Of a DNA stretch of 64,000 bases, positions 55,838-63,666 are shown in pieces (the stretch's first letter is position 1; each line of letters starts with the position of its first letter). A program made the translations under genes and the position numbers. The notes under the pieces are model-generated. The model did no database searches. It was not told where the DNA came from and worked only from the letters and a program-made list of their open reading frames with translations. Origin of the DNA: Phoronis australis (Eukaryota; Animalia; Phoronida); the NCBI GenBank assembly GCA_002633005.1, contig NMRA01000012.1:462487-526486 (forward strand). The letters are read 5' to 3'.

Positions 55838-58800
55838 TGTCAGTGATGACCACTTCCTGATCATGGCAGCTTTCATTCCCGTCCATTTTGGACATTGTGG
55901 ATTATAAAAACTCAATTCACCATTGAAAATTGAAATTTTTCTTGTTGGAATGGCAAAAATTGGTGAACTGTTACAGTAGAAAGGAGAACTGCAACTGGTG
56001 TTCAACTGGTCCTTTGTTGGTATGTCTCAACTTGCACTGTCTGCTTGAGCAGCGCAATAGAGCGACTTGACTTGTCTACACGCAGTAAGAATGTAGTGAA
56101 GTTTGAATGGGAGAACTCAGGACAATGTCTTTTTAAAAACATTAGAGTTTGTTTAGTATGCAATTTAACTAACTACAACAATTTAGTGATTGCATCAAAT
56201 TCATTACATGACCATCATGTTCATGTTCTATTGTTGCTTACCTCTTGTAAGCTCTTAGTTGACATCTGCAGTAGAGTCAAAACATTATTAAAACTGATTT
56301 TATTGTTAGGGGATAGGTTTATTACTTGTAATTATTTGTTCTCTGACAGAAACTTGAGCACTCCACTACGCCACATAGAGGTTGGAAAGAAAACGCAGAA
56401 TCAGAACAGTCGACAGCCTTATTTGTTCGACGATCGCGAAGAATCTGTCACAAGTATCAAGTATGATAAATGCTTTTAATAATGATAAGCAGCTCATCTT
56501 GATAGTGCATTAACTAAATAATGGAATGAAATGTCTCAGTGTAACCTAAACATTTAAATGAATGCCTGAAAGAATTACAGTCTAGACTTGTCGTCTGCTC
56601 ACTGTCAAAATATCCTGATCTGTTGTAATGTCATGGTGGCCATCTCATTTTATGTACTGAGACATTTGTACACTGTTTTGCCCATAAACTGCCTGCATTA
56701 CTACGTACAATTTTGGTATAATGTAATTATAAAGTACATCCTCTGTCTTTACCATTTTGCACATTGTTCATACTGCAGATATCGTGAAATCGAGGAGGGT
56801 CGTAGGGGTCAACAAAATGTCCATGATCTTGAGGAGAAACAGCAACGGAATGAGTATCGTAAACCGCGTGACCACCTGCTGTGTGTTGCTGTGGAGTTCT
56901 ACACCAAGTGTAGTGCCAGGGTGAAAGAGTTGAGGAAGAAATTGGGCGAGTCGTGCCTACGTACAAGTGACCTGCTGGATGGGAAATGTCATGAGGTGTG
57001 GAGGATATGTTGTTTTTGACTAGAATAGTGATTTCCACTCACACTTTTAGTGCTAGTTTGGGTTGCGACTGTGCGTGTCTGTCTGTGTGTCTTTGTTTTG
57101 GTATTGAGGAAGTCTAGGAATTTTTAGGTGTCTGAAGAATTTGAACTCAATCTTTTAATGTCAGAAGTTTTCTACTGATCTTTGGGCTATTCTATTCACA
57201 CTTCATTAGTTGTTGTTTTATGATTGACTTAACATCTTTTTTACAAAAAAATGACAATCATAAGATAATCTTAGTTAAAATGTTTTTAGTTTGGTCATTG
57301 TAAGAATCCCCTCATTCTCACAAGCTCGTTGGTTCTTACTCTTACAGTAGCTGCTGTATGTCCAACACAAGTATTATAACGATTGTTGTAAAAGATTGTG
57401 GTCCCAACATTTACTAGTTAAAACTGCATTTACCACTGTCAAGTTTGCTATTGAACAGAAATCAGTAGGTTTTTATTCTCATAAAATTAGTCTGGTAATA
57501 TTCTTTACTGTGATAGTATTCCATGTCCATTACCAACAAGAATATCAAAACCATCAGCGACTCAATAAAACGCTTCAGAGTTTATTGAGGTTGGCCAACC
57601 CTAAAATTAAAAATTCAAATATGGCACATGTACGAACTACCTGTGACTTGAAGTGATAACGACAATAGAGTCCTACTAGGGTAAGAATCACAAATATGGG
57701 ACTGATTTTATGGAAGCAATATGCCCAATTCCATTATTGTTTTTTATCCAGCTAAATCGGACGAAATAGTTTGTACTGACAGTGTGTAGTTGAATTATTT
57801 ACATATAATGTATATTATTTTTCAGAAATTAGCTGAGGTGGCCCACACTCTACTCAAAGTATCTGTCTACGATCCTACCATTATGACTTGTAGAGGCTTA
57901 CAAAGGTATGTGCTAGGTATCTGTCTACGACCCTACCATAATGACTTGTAGAGGTTTACAAAGGTATGTGCTAGGTATCTGTCTACGACCCTACCATAAT
58001 GACTTGTAGAGGCTTACAAAGGTATGTGCTAGGTATCTGTCTACGACCCTACCATATTGACTTGTAGAGGTTTACAAAGATATGTGCTTGGTATCTGTCT
58101 ACGACCCTACCATAATGACTTGTAGAGGTTTACAAAGGTATGTGCTAGGTATCTGTCTACGACCCTACCATTATGACTTGTAGAGGTTTACAAAGGTATG
58201 TGCTAGGTATCTGTCTACGACCCTACCATAATGATTTGTAGAGGTTTACAAAGGTATGTGCTAGGTATCTGTCTACGACCCTACCATTATGACTTGTAGA
58301 GGTTTACAAAGGTATGTGCTAAGTTTGTTGATTTCTTAGTTCTGAAACTGAAAGGTGCGTCTAACCAGGACTTGTTTGTTTTATGTAGTACTACATGTTA
58401 TCGAAAGTCTAGCGACAGGGTTACTTAATGCTTGATTATTTGGTGACGTCATTCTCTGTTTAGCTTGAGTTAAAGTCAGGGTTATGTTCAATGTATGTGT
58501 TGTAGTCAAAATATTTAACTTTTGGCAACATAATCGCCGAAGAAAGAACTGATTTTCAAACAGCCATAATATTCTGTGTTTGGTATTTGTTGAACTCTTG
58601 GTTTGCATTAATGTAAAGTTAATAAATAATTTTGATTTAGTTTTGATTTTCTAGTCTCACCTTTTGTTTTCTCGTTTACAACTGCTTACATTCTGTTGCT
58701 AAGATACATGTTGGAGATGTTACCCATGACTGACTGGAGTCAAGAACACAACAAACCAGCCCTTAATTTTATACTGCGCCGACTGGAGAGGGTGTTCACT

Positions 58801-61800
58801 AAGGTCACCAAGAAAATTGCTTTTAAGGTAATTTTTGCGTTTTTGATTATGTTTGTAAAGTTGTGTTCTTAATTGCCTGAAAGTTTCTTCATTATTTTTG
58901 TGATACCTATGTTACAACGATCCTCTTGGGACTTTCTTAGAATATTTGTTGTACCAGATCTTTATGTAAATTAATTTCTGCCTGCTAATTTTAATTTCTC
59001 ATAAGCTGAGGATGACTCAACAGTCTTTTTCACTGCGTTCTTTATTTTTTTACCCTCAAAATTATTTCAGAGAGGAGTTATTTGGGAGGCTGCCTCTAAT
59101 CTTCTGAATGGTGTTTACCTGACATTGCGGAAACATCCTTTCATTGCACATCTCACTCACTTAAGGGTAAGTTATAAAGCCCTGCCTCCATGTAAGTTAT
59201 AAAACCCTGCCTCCATGTAAGTTATAAAGCCCTGCCTCCATGTAAGTTATAAAATCCTGTCTCCATATAAGTTATAAAACCCTGCCTCCATGTAAGTTGT
59301 AAAGCCCTGCCTCCATGTAAGTTGTAAAGCCCTGCCTCCATGTAAGTTATAAAAGCCTGCCTCCATATAAGTTATAAAACCTTGCCTCCATATAAGTTAT
59401 AAAACCCTGTCTCCATGCACTCAGGCCACAAGTATGGTTTTCAAAACAAAATGGCTAGTTATCTCCACACACAATTTCAAAGTTCATTTCTCAGTTATTA
59501 CTGATGTAGTGGTCTGCTTAGTTCTGTACTTTACCTTTAATGAAATATCCATGTTAGGTGGCCAGGATAGATGTTATTCTTTGTTAATCTGCATTCACGA
59601 TCAAAAATAGATAAGCCATAATACTAGGTTTACTGTCAGTGATCATATTCCCTATCTTTTTCAACATGGTGAAAATACCTAATAGCCCTTTGTTGTCATT
59701 GCAATATGATAAATTCCATCGAAGTTAATTAGTTGGTCATAGTTATTATTAGTTATATTTTTATTAGGGATTTAACTTATGATTGTTTGTCATTAGGTTC
59801 TCTGGAAAAGATGCTTGTTCTGTTATATTTTTTCAAACCTTGGTAAAAATGTCATCACAAAGGGCCCATTTTATCACAAATTGTACGGCCGGTCGTTGCT
59901 AAGACAGTCATTTGACAAGCGATTGCAAATGCTGTGTTGTGTTTTTCACAAGTTTTAAATATTGAAATTGATGTAAATTCAATCATTGAACATGTTCACA
60001 CTAAACAACAACCAAATTCACAAACCATTTCATGAAATGTGTACCAATAAAAATCCGTGGTACAATGGTCTTAGCTGCGACTTGACATATATGCAACCTT
60101 CGATAAAATGGACCCCAGAGCCATTTTAATAGTCAGGTTGAATCTGATGCTGACAGATGTTAGACACAGTGGACGTGATTTAATATTTTTTACCTGATTC
60201 AAAATTAGTCATGTACTAGTTCTACGGTAAAGTGTCGCCAATTTCAGGGAAAAATAATTGCCAAAATTACCCATTTTTCACATTTTTGAACATGGAAATA
60301 CATACATTTGGTGTCATATCTTCTATGAAAAAATTGAAAAAACAATATTTCATTTGTCCGCCATATTGTGTCCTGCAGTGGTGAGATCTTACTGTGGACT
60401 GTTGCTTTGTTGCAGTCTTCTTGATCAAGTCAGTGTTTGTGTTTTGGCTGTGAACAGGGGTCCTCATGCATCCGACTGTGTACATAATTATATCTGGTCA
60501 AAATAAATGTTGTTTTGTCGTATTCTTTCAGACCTTGGTCAATGTTTGCATCAGTGCCATACTTACTGAGAGCGGTAATCCTCAGAATGTAGCAGATGAC
60601 GGACACAATGTTCACATGTTTCATCGTGACAAGGAGCATGTGCCTGTAATACAGACGTCTGTCCCTCAGATATTTTCTTCTGCTGTTGTCAAACTGGTCG
60701 CCATGCAGATGTTTTGTCTTGGGGTATGTGTGTTAATTTTTATTTAGCAGAGGTACACCCAACGGATTTATACAACAGTATAGCTATTGTATCTTAGGAA
60801 AGAACATTTCTGGAAATGTCATTCCTGGGGTTCCCTTCCATGAACTGAAACAATTGCATAAAATGTTCTCTCTTGTGAGACATTCAATTGATTCTAGTGA
60901 GCACGGGCTATAAGACCATGTGTTATGAGCAATGTGGGATAATTTGCATGCTCATCTTTTAAATATCATGTTCAAGAAAAAGCAATAAAGTAATGCTTTA
61001 AGTTTTATAAGAACAATGTGGGGGACAAGATGGGTTAAATTCCCCTGTTATTCATATCATAGGATCTGTTCTCCTTGGAACACATCTGTGCTGGAAGCCC
61101 CATATTCTCTAGCCAAGAGAGGACACAGAATATGTTGATGAACTTCATACTGCCTCTCTGCATCCGAGTTGGAAGTGGTAGAAAAGGTGAGTAAGAACTG
61201 GGTTCCTTGGTTTTCGTAGGATCAGTGCTCTTGAGGAATGAGCTGGACTGCATTCTATGGACCTGTGACACTCGCGAAGCACTTGTGGATAGAAGTCATC
61301 GCTTATGGAATGTAAACAGTGGTTGCCATTTTGATTTGCTTGTAAGATCCCGAGCGCACTTGTGTAGCGCTGGCCTTTCATTAATGTGGTCTTGCGTGAC
61401 ATTACTTTTTCACAAATTTCATACATCTAAGGAACACACACAGTTTTCTTATTGTGTCGCCCTCTGAATGAATCAACTGTTTTTAGGGAGTCATGTTGAG
61501 AATAGCTAAGTCTGAATGCTGGTGTTAACATACCATGTATATTTTTGGATGACCAGCATTTTAATTAAACTTATGGATACTTCAGGAAAAACAACATTTC
61601 CGGGCAATTTTAAACATGGCTTCACACGATACTCTGCTGCAGATGCAGAGATAAATTAAAGAGAGGGGATAAATAAACTAAAATATTTTATCACATTTGC
61701 CACGGTATCTACATGAATATTGCCCACATGAAAAATGTCTGGTTTTTTAAATGTAAAATATGTAGCATAATAATTTTAAATTACGTTAACGTCTCACCAA

Positions 61801-63666
61801 TTTTAAACAAAAATAATTTCATATTTTGAAGGCATTGCTGTTAATGTCCAGATTTTCTAAGAAACATCTGAAGCTGTGACATACTGGAGAAGTATTTAAG
61901 TATTTGGTGCTACCTCTTCAATAAAAATGGAAAAATAAAAATTCGCTTCAGCGCTGGACGCTATGAAAGTCACCAGGTTGCAATTTGCGACCTAATCAAA
62001 ATCCCAGGTCGCATTTTTCCTTTCGGGTTTCCATTATCGGGCGGTTCGAGTTGGTTCCTTTGAACGGAATATGTGCCATACACTTTTACGTAAAAATACG
62101 TCAACCAAAAATGACATGTGAACCCATCATGCATGGCAGTAGTGTCACTTCACCTTCGGAGGCGTGAAACAAACAAAGCCGGTTCTTTTGAAAAGTGAAT
62201 TTGCTTTTGCGTAGAATGAGAGTTTGACTAACAATGGACTGCATAGGTGTCAATTTCAAAACAACGCGGTCGTTTCTATGAACTACAAGAGACGCTTACA
62301 AATTATGATGTACCCAGTGATGACTGCAAACGTAAAACACTGCGACTCGAAATGGATCTGGTTTCAGCACTTGAAACGCAAATTACAGTTTTGAAAATCA
62401 GTTCAGTGAAGTGGGTGGGTACTAGCTGTATGTACAACTTTGTATTTTGACGATAGTCTTCATACAGCTTGCTGGCTGGCTAAGCGCTAGCCTGAGCTGT
62501 GGGTGTGACTGTGTGGATATTGTTACTACCTACCCTATGTAGCCACCTGGAATAATTTTGTTGCTTAAATTGGCCTGCTTCAGTTGAAACAATATTCTTT
62601 CCAGTGTAGTCCAAAAAAATCTAAGAGGTGGTCAACTGACAACCGGCGGAGTGAAAAATTGGCAGGATAGGGGGTGAAGGAAGAGAAGAATTTAGCAAAT
62701 TTGCTAACTATAATTTCTTGTCTACCTGTTTAGTTGCAATAGCTGGCTACGGGTATGGAACACTGCAGGGGCCTCAGTAGGGACCATGAGCCTTGTAAAC
62801 ATCGGAACAACAGAATGTTAGTTCTTGGGAGCATCAGTTCTTTTAAAACCGCGGGGGGTCTAAGTTCCTTGTCAAATCAACACCTGGGCACTTAACTGAA
62901 CCCCTGTGGATTGGTGTGCACGCGTAAGTTCCCACACTTGAATCGCTGGAGTTCACGTTACATTGCCAGCAACATGTGATTGACAGATGACTCGTACATA
63001 TGCACGCGCTCAGCCCCTGAAACAAGGGCTTGAGATTTTTTCGTGACTACACTGCTCAAGACATGGGGGTTGTTGAGCTATGAATAGGGTTGCCATTTTA
63101 GTTTTTCCGTTTTTAGTGATAAAAAACAAGATGCACATTGAGGGCTGTCCTCTGTATCCTTTTGAACTTGATTTGGCAACAACCAAATAATGGCTGAATG
63201 TACTCTCAAGTTGTTTTATGTTTATTGGGTAGTTTCCAAGAAGTGTAAAAACTCATCTTGCATATGTTGGAAAGTCCAGGTCGCATGTTGCTATTTGATA
63301 CAAGCTGGTCAAAAACTCAGCTCGCATTTTCATATTTTACATCACAAATGCGACCTATGATAAGCTAAACTGGTGATATTTTACTGTAATCATTTCATCT
63401 TTATTTTTTGAAAATTTTGCTTAGTCACGTGAAATTTTCTTTTTCAGGCTCTCCTAATATGCGTCGAACAGACATCTCGTTTGCCCTGACCATTCTCCTC
63501 AATGCCTTGCTTCCCTCCAGTAAGACCCCCCATGCAGGCCCCAGTGGTTCTAAAGTTCATCAGACACCCCTAGCTGATCCATATTCCGGGGCCACTACAG
63601 CACTGCAGGACAAAGTTTGGGGCATCAGCACCATCAGGGAGTTGGTCATACGGACATCCTTTCTAG
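4133..63666 (+). CDS. unc80: UNC80 homolog (NALCN channelosome scaffold), partial: 42 internal coding exons, gene continues past both window edges
   Basis: Spliced peptides recognisable as UNC80: KSLGCPNGCGDGYRG, ALYTDVRQL..HGGTFRRVALSGLLD, ECCNPGSIPDPELIAAILDLEAPVLARACLLLECAHFVHRC, CPYALKMVACQVLLEITMFLRETY, FKVPPPSIDFTVPSP, AIEFACQQFYILHRKPFILQMF. All 41 introns are GT-AG with matching phases; 7236 nt open frame. Confidence 0.95.
7551..7834 (+). CDS. unc80: UNC80 exon 2 (VTEAAGSVHYIT..HNLAMDVLIR)
   Basis: ctatgtag|GTC, AG|gtaatg; phase 0/2. Confidence 0.9.
8780..10450. mobile_element. DNA-transposon remnant(s) with TTAACCGCCC subterminal motifs
   Basis: Starts TACCGTA; ~120 bp block at ~8800-8920 recurs in direct orientation at ~10335-10450; CpG-rich interior; N at 9198; no transposase ORF. 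Confidence 0.55.
12379..12463. repeat. Short direct duplication (gagactgttYtgtatgaatcatc x2, ~54 bp apart)
   Basis: Seen directly. Confidence 0.7.
13170..14200. repeat. Degenerate interspersed repeat with recurring (gat)ggatccgactactg..ccct..tggc and gatggatttt/cttcatgaaatttg modules
   Basis: Core gactact motif near 13310, 13600, 13740, 14035, 14151; same family at 24720-25110. Confidence 0.55.
17838..18575. repeat. 21-bp minisatellite (tacaccatYctctagcctatW), ~35 copies
   Basis: Direct periodicity; source of the heptad-repeat ORFs on both strands. Confidence 0.95.
18745..18986 (+). CDS. unc80: UNC80 exon 3 (IYKSLGCPNGCG..FKLSPK)
   Basis: tttcag|A, AAAG|gtagtt; same-phase alternative donor at 19011; phase 2/1. 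Confidence 0.88.
19927..20174. repeat. 29-bp minisatellite (atgcaatggagYgcctctttattgctgct), ~8.5 copies
   Basis: Direct periodicity. Confidence 0.95.
20484..20662 (+). CDS. unc80: UNC80 exon 4 (QKDGIKEG..HAHDNI)
   Basis: tttctag|TT, ATT|gtaagt; phase 1/0. Confidence 0.9.
21600..21860. repeat. Old AT-rich dispersed repeat; related copies near 5650-5870, 27040-27260, 40020-40230, 49200-49300, 60230-60395
   Basis: Shared motifs tcaaaggYttctaaYaYtg..cacaatt and gccatattgtgt(g/c)ctaaat..gtgaRa. Confidence 0.55.
24298..24570 (+). CDS. unc80: UNC80 exon 5 (ALYTDVRQLL..RRKTKK)
   Basis: ttatgag|GCT (rare GAG acceptor), AAG|gtttac; phase 0/0. Confidence 0.85.
24720..25110. repeat. Second copy of the gactactg-module interspersed repeat
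   Basis: gatgggtccaactactg..cccacctggtggcaaatt and gatggattttcataaaatttgg resemble 13735-13830. Confidence 0.55.
25664..25817 (+). CDS. unc80: UNC80 exon 6 (GSSPSPVSDSE..KFQL)
   Basis: ttctcaaag|GGG, TTGG|gtgagt; phase 0/1. Confidence 0.85.
26344..26568 (+). CDS. unc80: UNC80 exon 7 (WKRSTKSD..RLSVDE)
   Basis: tttgtcag|CT, GAAG|gtagct; phase 1/1. Confidence 0.85.
26597..26652. repeat. 25-bp tandem duplication (tgtcatatggctattctgMtaactc) x2.2
   Basis: Seen directly, 28 nt after exon 7 donor. Confidence 0.85.
27378..29893. repeat. Near-identical direct duplication: 27378-28658 vs 28830-29893
   Basis: Colinear match with scattered SNPs/indels; copy 1 ends at the N at 28659. Confidence 0.9.
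28043..28339. repeat. 74-bp tandem repeat x4 (agggcccaagtttggcaaacttgagaac...), single copy in the duplicate at ~29499
   Basis: Units start 28043, 28117, 28191, 28265. Confidence 0.95.
30638..30822 (+). CDS. unc80: UNC80 exon 8 (NTRSAEL..ELIAAILDL)
   Basis: ctcttag|AT, CTT|gtaagt; phase 1/0. Confidence 0.9.
31908..32117 (+). CDS. unc80: UNC80 exon 9 (EAPVLARACLL..FHAWGD)
   Basis: tcaccag|GAG, GAT|gtaggt; phase 0/0. Confidence 0.92.
32597..32732 (+). CDS. unc80: UNC80 exon 10 (ALGKRLD..EEEDFADE)
   Basis: ttttcag|GCA, GAAG|gtagtc; phase 0/1. Confidence 0.9.
32990..33235 (+). CDS. unc80: UNC80 exon 11 (TVNKSGADCPYALK..GDFP)
   Basis: ttgttacag|CC, CCAG|gtatta; phase 1/1. Confidence 0.9.
33795..33917 (+). 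CDS. unc80: UNC80 exon 12 (SPTDRRITFA..RRNEK)
   Basis: cattgcag|AG, AAAG|gtatgt; phase 1/1. Confidence 0.85.
33942..34084. repeat. 46-bp tandem repeat x3 (gtagcaaatacaccatcccatgtaactggcatttattttgataaat)
   Basis: Identical units at 33942, 33988, 34034. Confidence 0.95.
34475..34642 (+). CDS. unc80: UNC80 exon 13 (QRRSTCGK..KKSEDG)
   Basis: ttttacag|CT, GGAT|gtgagt; phase 1/1. Confidence 0.85.
34821..35059. repeat. 30-bp minisatellite x8 (acttcacMttgtaKtcattctgccatacag)
   Basis: Direct periodicity. Confidence 0.95.
35540..35715 (+). CDS. unc80: UNC80 exon 14 (IKRIGSLRPRKVS..NRLSWSK), absent from the ORF track
   Basis: actctag|CC, AAG|gtaatg; phase 1/0, open frame. Confidence 0.85.
36220..36450 (+). 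CDS. unc80: UNC80 exon 15 (IVVQLANCSNFVCQHQ..RMKRR)
   Basis: cattacag|ATA, AGG|gtaggt; phase 0/0. Confidence 0.88.
36727..36915 (+). CDS. unc80: UNC80 exon 16 (NSTVASAFG..KYIETQ)
   Basis: cttacccag|AAT, CAG|gtatac; phase 0/0. Confidence 0.85.
37286..37533 (+). CDS. unc80: UNC80 exon 17 (AKNLSQSLL..RINAILR)
   Basis: tttgacag|GCT, AG|gttggt; phase 0/2. Confidence 0.9.
37938..38151 (+). CDS. unc80: UNC80 exon 18 (FFSLWKFRFQVWPRME..EQSIA)
   Basis: tttccag|A, GCT|gtatgt; phase 2/0. Confidence 0.92.
38752..38938 (+). CDS. unc80: UNC80 exon 19 (KTFVTATSTRR..EEDEE)
   Basis: ttgcacag|AAA, GAAG|gtaaga; phase 0/1. Confidence 0.9.
41548..41679 (+). CDS. unc80: UNC80 exon 20 (LQEEINMAARRVS..RTTHE)
   Basis: cttgtcag|TG, GAAG|gtattt; phase 1/1. 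Confidence 0.8.
42866..43009 (+). CDS. unc80: UNC80 exon 21 (EETEKVEH..TEEGIA)
   Basis: catctag|GC, GCAG|gtcagt; phase 1/1. Confidence 0.9.
44129..44229 (+). CDS. unc80: UNC80 exon 22 (CEVAERVIWSCIVED..RKRQ)
   Basis: tattccag|TT, CAG|gtgact; phase 1/0. Confidence 0.9.
44509..44595 (+). CDS. unc80: UNC80 exon 23 (DELILLLRKL..ILFNYV)
   Basis: ttttacag|GAT, GTG|gtaggt; phase 0/0. Confidence 0.9.
44875..45027 (+). CDS. unc80: UNC80 exon 24 (LGYVMFYVR..KKEQCD)
   Basis: gtttcag|TTG, GAT|gtaagc; phase 0/0. Confidence 0.92.
45288..45386 (+). CDS. unc80: UNC80 exon 25 (PTVMVTANVPSAKK..QFPVHE)
   Basis: atttcag|CCT, GAG|gtatgg; phase 0/0. Confidence 0.92.
49479..49575 (+). CDS. unc80: UNC80 exon 26 (DTQFSSILED..ADTKT)
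   Basis: tttacag|GAC, ACAA|gtgagt; phase 0/1. Confidence 0.9.
50143..50264 (+). CDS. unc80: UNC80 exon 27 (QMHNLHYFVRDFY..ALQKQ)
   Basis: tgttacag|GA, CAG|gtactt; phase 1/0. Confidence 0.9.
50675..50752 (+). CDS. unc80: UNC80 exon 28 (AFILKIVELSKVLF..PSHQ)
   Basis: tgttacag|GCC, CAG|gtagga; phase 0/0. Confidence 0.88.
51078..51185 (+). CDS. unc80: UNC80 exon 29 (LENHVLFVHEELL..GDLGK)
   Basis: tccacag|CTT, AAG|gttagt; phase 0/0. Confidence 0.9.
51393..51622 (+). CDS. unc80: UNC80 exon 30 (ELHSLDTCHKY..HVFAFDG)
   Basis: tcttacag|GAA, GG|gtaagt; phase 0/2. Confidence 0.92.
51941..52296 (+). repeat. 72-bp tandem repeat spanning the exon 31 acceptor, ~5 copies including the exonic one
   Basis: ctgttacag acceptors end at 52019, 52091, 52163, 52234. 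Confidence 0.95.
52235..52421 (+). CDS. unc80: UNC80 exon 31 (FLHIMPTIMKVY..QMSNK)
   Basis: ctgttacag|G (last of four intact tandem acceptors, the only one in frame), AAG|gtgagt; phase 2/0. Confidence 0.9.
52580..52687 (+). CDS. unc80: UNC80 exon 32 (VSPEVLFQLLL..KPLTPI)
   Basis: tattacag|GTG, ATT|gtgagt; phase 0/0. Confidence 0.9.
53055..53255. repeat. 20-bp minisatellite x10 (tttgaggatctgaaatatgc)
   Basis: Direct periodicity. Confidence 0.95.
53603..53713 (+). CDS. unc80: UNC80 exon 33 (DFCYANDPDK..HRSAQML)
   Basis: tactgcag|GAT, TTG|gtaagt (first of seven tandem donors); phase 0/0. Confidence 0.9.
53672..53996 (+). repeat. 46-bp tandem repeat x7 spanning the exon 33 donor
   Basis: GTRAGT at 53714, 53760, 53806, 53851, 53897, 53943, 53989. 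Confidence 0.95.
54736..54809 (+). repeat. 42-bp duplication spanning the exon 34 acceptor
   Basis: tgtattcYactccatacttRcag|aStattc x2; AG ends at 54760 and 54802. Confidence 0.9.
54803..54960 (+). CDS. unc80: UNC80 exon 34 (TILDAIMPYYLK..CDALTR)
   Basis: acttgcag|ACT, AG|gtgagt; phase 0/2; duplicated in-frame acceptor at 54760. Confidence 0.88.
55777..55840. repeat. Compound microsatellite (GT)n(GCGT)n
   Basis: Seen directly. Confidence 0.95.
56350..56460 (+). CDS. unc80: UNC80 exon 35 (NLSTPLRH..SVTSIK)
   Basis: tctgacag|A, AA|gtatga; phase 2/2. Confidence 0.82.
56779..56995 (+). CDS. unc80: UNC80 exon 36 (YREIEEGRR..LLDGKCHE)
   Basis: tactgcag|A, GAG|gtgtgg; phase 2/0. Confidence 0.88.
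57826..57905 (+). CDS. unc80: UNC80 exon 37 (KLAEVAHTLLKVSVYDPTIMTCRGLQR)
   Basis: ttttcag|AAA, AG|gtatgt (first of eight tandem copies); phase 0/2. Confidence 0.92.
57859..58321 (+). repeat. 58-bp tandem repeat x8 spanning the exon 37 donor
   Basis: Unit gtatctgtctacgaccctaccatWatgacttgtagaggYttacaaag|gtatgtgctag. Confidence 0.97.
58704..58827 (+). CDS. unc80: UNC80 exon 38 (YMLEMLPMTDWS..KIAFK)
   Basis: ttgctaag|A, AAG|gtaatt; phase 2/0. Confidence 0.9.
59071..59166 (+). CDS. unc80: UNC80 exon 39 (RGVIWEAASNLL..LTHLR)
   Basis: atttcag|AGA, AGG|gtaagt; phase 0/0. Confidence 0.9.
59167..59416 (+). repeat. 25-bp tandem repeat x10 starting exactly at the exon 39 donor
   Basis: Unit gtaagttataaaRccctgcctccat. 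Confidence 0.97.
59861..60116. mobile_element. ~255-bp MITE (termini resemble PIF/Harbinger type)
   Basis: TIRs gggcccattttatca / cgataaaatggacccc; inner inverted pair gtcgttgctaagac / gtcttagctgcgac; TSD unclear. Confidence 0.6.
60532..60723 (+). CDS. unc80: UNC80 exon 40 (TLVNVCISAIL..QMFCLG)
   Basis: ctttcag|ACC, GGG|gtatgt; phase 0/0. Confidence 0.9.
61063..61186 (+). CDS. unc80: UNC80 exon 41 (DLFSLEHICAG..RVGSGRK)
   Basis: atcatag|GAT, AAAG|gtgagt; phase 0/1. Confidence 0.9.
61950..63360. mobile_element. Probable DNA-transposon remnants
   Basis: CpG-richer than flanks; tgcgacct/aggtcgca motifs in both orientations (~61987, 62006, 63278, 63349); 62912-63000 is homologous to 9293-9375. 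Confidence 0.4.
63448..63666 (+). CDS. unc80: UNC80 exon 42 (SPNMRRTDISFAL..RTSFL)
   Basis: tttttcag|GC, CTAG|gtttgt; phase 1/1. Confidence 0.88.

Noticed and set aside
57859-59416. Regularly spaced repeats as CRISPR arrays (also 19927, 34821, 53055)
   Set aside because: Units are head-to-tail with no unique spacers, there are no cas genes, and the context is a eukaryotic intron.
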